From: Babesia bigemina
Taxonomy: Eukaryota
Assembly (NCBI RefSeq): GCF_000981445.1
Contig: NC_027216.1
Location: forward strand, 1-64,000
Direction: 5' to 3'
Length of the DNA stretch: 64,000 bases
Made by a program: the position numbers and the translations under genes. Every line of letters starts with the position of its first letter. Position 1 is the stretch's first letter. Shown in pieces: positions 60,030 through 64,000 of the stretch. Under the pieces are notes generated by a model. That model was not told where the DNA came from. It saw nothing but the letters and a program-made list of their open reading frames with translations, and searched no databases.

Positions 60030-60830
60030 TTTGTAGGTCTGTTCATAGCTTAGGTGTAGCACATATTGCTGGTGCATCGTTACGGTAAAGAACGCCACGG
60101 TAGCAAATGCGCCATGCATGGCTTGTGTGACAGATAACTGTCTGGAATACTGTCTTACCGTAAGCAGTACAATGGATGGTCGCGGGGTAATTCCAACACC
60201 ACATAAGGATTCAATTGCTACCATTCCGAGTGATTTATACGTTTTTTTTACAATGATGAGTATACACAGCACTACATCAACGTTGGCTTGTAGTTTCCTG
60301 GAGCCGCATTTCTTACAACCAAATATCCACCTGATACGCAATACGTGCCCATTATGTTTGAAATCCGCAACACGCCCGAACTATGGGATTTGTACACTTT
60401 GACGGGGAATACGTCTGCCTCAAACGCCTATGCGCATTTCACTCGTGAGGTCACGGGGTTGCCAAAAACATACACGTGGCACGTCGTTGAGATACACGTC
60501 GAAAACACGGACCCGTACATGTGAGGCTGCATAGTTACATACTGATCAGATGAGCTGTTCATGCCTAAGACACATAAACTCAACGACGCTTGCTGGTAGC
60601 ATCGCTGTCGATTGAAACCTCTTAATCGTGTTCCCGATTTCTGCAGCTTAATCGAGTGTTGCATTAGCTGTTTATAGGATGCATAAGAGGTGACAATGTT
60701 GTTTAGTAGTGTTGTATGTAACAAAAGCTCATGACACATGCGGAGAAATTCGTATTGCCGAAGCTGAGAAGATGCGACATCTCCAATTGCAGATATGATC
60801 ACAACCGAAAAGCTCGGCAACGTCTTTATT
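60030..60830 (+). pseudogene. Decayed 3' part of a 6-Cys gene paralogous to 32225-35071
   Basis: KTYTWHVVEIHVENTDPYM*GCIVTY*SDELFMPKT vs intact KYAWNIVKVNVETTDPYMQGCGVTYASDELFKPET (stops at 60522 and 60543). Also AAFLTTKYPPDTQYVPIMF vs AILISKDPVHKKNVPMRF. Boundaries approximate. Confidence 0.8.
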
Positions 60831-61778
60831 ACGCAACAATGCATAAGATATAACACATAGCAGAAGACCGTAGTGCCTCCACCAATGTTGCTAAGCTATA
60901 TAGTGCAAGTGGCAACTCGTATTAGACAAGCGCTGAAAAGACCTATCGTTTTGACATTCTTTGCTCATCATTTATCCACAATACGCTAATACAGATGTTA
61001 TCTAATGTTACACCGGATGCATCTGAATTGCGATGACAATGATTAAATGCTATCACAAGATTTGACCACCTAGATCGGAGCTTTATGGGCTGGCTTAAGA
61101 AAGCAAGCGTGCGTCTCATGTCGTGATCTTTAGCTTGGGCAGAGAAGACATGCTATTCTGTGAAAATGTCAGAACTGAAGAAAACACGTTGTTCAGGACA
61201 CAACTCAATAGTTCGCCCAATGTACAGGAATGCGACTTGAAAGTTAATGTCAAAATTTGTGGTTCGGTGTTAACATTGCGGTTATATGTAACGCATATAT
61301 ACGAGACATTAAATATAATAAGTGAGACGATATAGGTAGTGCACTTAAGTGACACGTGTAATTGGCTAGATGGCCTACTGCGTCTACTGGGTGAGAAACG
61401 TGTAACGCACTCGGCCATACAGGAGAATTCATACCACGTTGAATATTTGTACTGACAATCGCATACACCTCGAATCAATTAATGCACAGGTTTACGTCCC
61501 CCGAAACTTTCCGAGCAAAAGTCTTTAGGCATGATCGCAGTTCCAAACATCGATGTGAACTGATCGTGCAATTGGCTAGACGTGCCCATCGTTTTGCAAC
61601 ATACATTCACCACATGAGGTGGTATTGTATGCTGGTGGTGGAATGATGAAATGTGGAACAATGTTCTTCACCCCTGCCATGTATGGCCAACAACGCATTA
61701 CCATTACACCCTCACAAGCCATGTGCCCTGAGTTAACTAAGACACATTATCACTCCGGGTTATATCGGCGGTGCAGCA

Positions 61779-62120
61779 TTGAATTCGCGAGCCCCAATTT
61801 TCAAAGTAGTGGCAAACTGTTCAGTGCTGTTCCGCGCCGTTAAATGGGCTAAGGAAGATGGTTGCGCCAAGCTGTTAATAAGCGCACGGCGATTGTTCAA
61901 GAAATCGAGATGGGTGGCTTCGAATTACCATGTTGTCATACCTATTGCCGTCTTCGTTGTGCTCCATGTCGTAAGCTTTTTTGTAGATCGGTATCAGATC
62001 CCCGGACTGAAGGAATTAGGTTATTACTGGATCGACAAGGTGCAACCATTAACTTCTTACTTTACCTTAAACCGGCTGGTATATCGTATTTTTCAACCTG
62101 CACGTGACGTAGCAGGCTAG
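61779..62120 (+). CDS. Possible terminal exon or small membrane protein
   Basis: Open frame with one hydrophobic segment (VVIPIAVFVVLHVVSFF); no clear ATG or recognisable homology. Confidence 0.25.
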   Translation: MNSRAPIFKVVANCSVLFRAVKWAKEDGCAKLLISARRLFKKSRWVASNYHVVIPIAVFVVLHVVSFFVDRYQIPGLKELGYYWIDKVQPLTSYFTLNRLVYRIFQPARDVAG

Positions 62121-62839
62121 GAGCAATAGTGGCACAATGCGATTTTAATGATTTATTTTACCAGTTGGCTACAGTGTCAGAAGGGTTAAATGCAAGATAT
62201 TGGTGATCCGCACTGATCAACGTGTGAGTCTAACGCTACAGGCATAGATTGCTCCCAACGTAGCGCCCGGACTTCGAAGGCTAAGGCAGATGGGCCGGGA
62301 GTGTGTAGACAGCAAAATACCACGCATATACGAATTACAACGCAATTCCGCTCACTGCAATCGCACAGAGATACTCAGAAAGCCACTCTTGTTCGCACAT
62401 CGCGCTGGATCAATACAGCCCACCGGACGTTTACGCGACATCCACCGTTCCACGCGCGCAGGGCTGCAATGGACACATATATTGACAGATCTGTTTATAC
62501 TCCACGGAACGTTGTGGTTTACTTACATTGAGAATCACAACGCATTTTAATGATCATAATCGGCTTAATCCACAAACACCCTAACTAAAGTGCAACACAC
62601 TGGAAGTAAGCGTCGCCTCATCCAGACGTCATTTGCTGATACCGCTGCTAATGACACATTATGGTCTAACATAAAGCTCATCATGTCACATCATATACAA
62701 CTTTTAACCAGCCCCTTATAACTTCGTCCGTTCGATAGAACACCACACTCCAGGTCTTGTAGTGACATCACATCGCGCGCACAGGTTCACCAGCCCATGA
62801 GCAACCGAAGCATTACAATGCAAAATTAGCTTAATGAGT

Positions 62840-63812
62840 TTAAGCGTAGTATGGCACCGTGTCTGGTTTCACGAGGGTCTTGCCGGAGTTGAGGAAGCTG
62901 GCGAACTCCTCGTAAATCGAGGGCTGCAGCTTGACTTGCCTCCACAAGTCTGGCGTGAGGTATCCGTATGTGGCCGATAGTGCTGCGAAAACGGCCTTCA
63001 AGAAGTTTCCCCTGGTCTTGGTGGATCCAGAGGAGCATGAGAAGCAGTCCTTCACACCGGCGAATGCGAGAAGCTTCTTGGTGGTGGGCGCTCCGACGAT
63101 CTGCGTACCCCTCGGGGCAGGTACCAACCTGGCCCTTACACTGCCACACTTGCCCGAGACCTTCATCGGGACCGTGTGCGGCTCGCCAATCATGTTACCC
63201 CAGTAGCCACGCCTGACTGGGATGAGCGAGAGCTTGGCCGAGATTATGGCGCCCCTAATGGCGGTAGCAACTTCCTTAGCGCACTTGGTGCCGAGTCCGC
63301 AGTGTCCGTCGAAATCACCGATGGCAACGAATACCTTGAACCTGGTCCTCTGTCCGGCGTTGGTCTGCTTCTGCACGGGTATGATCTTGACAACATCGTC
63401 GGCCAATTTCTTGTCGGTGAGAGTGGGCTGGTAGAAGTAGTCGATGATTTGGTACTCCTTGATGGGGATTGAGTGCAAGTAGATCTGCTCGATCGACTGG
63501 ATCAAACCGGCTGAAACCAGCCTGCCGAGCTTGGTGACCGGGACCCAGCTCTTGAGGTCGTCCTCGTTACCACCACGTCCCCTGCGTTGTTATGATCCAC
63601 AATGCCACTACACAACCACACCGACAGTTAATACACAACACAATTACGTGTGTACGTCGCCCACACGGCATAACATATCGCTACAATTAAAAGCTGGGCT
63701 TACCTGGAGGATGCGCGTCGCCCTCCGCGACCCCTTCCGAATCCTGAGCTGAAACCACCGCGTTCTGCGCAAGATAGTAAAGAATCTTTTGCTATGCAAA
63801 CTCACCCGCCAT
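62840..63812 (-). CDS. RPS2: 40S ribosomal protein S2 (uS5); introns 63765-63805 and 63582-63703
   Basis: RG-rich N-terminus, [41 protein letters not shown]; canonical introns. Confidence 0.97.
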
Positions 63813-64000
63813 TTTGTCGCTGTGCTCTAAGCGTCCGCTCGCTAAAGTGTGAATGAGTCCGTATGCCTGGCAACTTCCGTGCCGCCCAAAACGCCTGCAG
63901 TTGTGCGATCCGTTTTGGTCGTGATAATAAGTTATCACTAGCCTCTCCTATATAAAATATTGGGATGAGCAGGTGTGGTTTTGGTGGGTTCGGCCGCGGA

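Overview
Eukaryotic, gene-dense apicomplexan DNA with 35-40 nt GT-AG introns. Gene content points to a Babesia sensu stricto piroplasm, most like the B. bigemina/B. ovata clade (inference). Layout: (1) 1-4.3 kb holds a higher-order minisatellite, an orphan ORF and a collapsed ves-family pseudogene whose N-terminus is fused to the C-terminal domain at an apparent microhomology. (2) 5.7-31.2 kb is a housekeeping block: tandem-GAF protein, patatin-like lipase, CPSF160, eRF1, a tight run of mitochondrion-related genes (Pam16, RAP-like protein, mtHsp70, metaxin-like, uS14m), a small secreted Cys-rich protein, and a 7-exon gene invisible in the ORF track that looks like TFIIF-alpha/RAP74. (3) 32-61 kb is a multigene-family island bracketed by an intact 6-Cys (s48/45-type) gene and a decayed copy of it. 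It contains two inverted small Cys-rich membrane-anchored genes, a 3'-truncated ves-like gene, a ~9 kb disrupted ves-like gene and, head-to-head with it, an intact ves-like gene. (4) RPS2/uS5 lies at the right end. No rRNA, tRNA, CRISPR or transposase was seen. All homology calls come from motif recognition by eye, not database searches.
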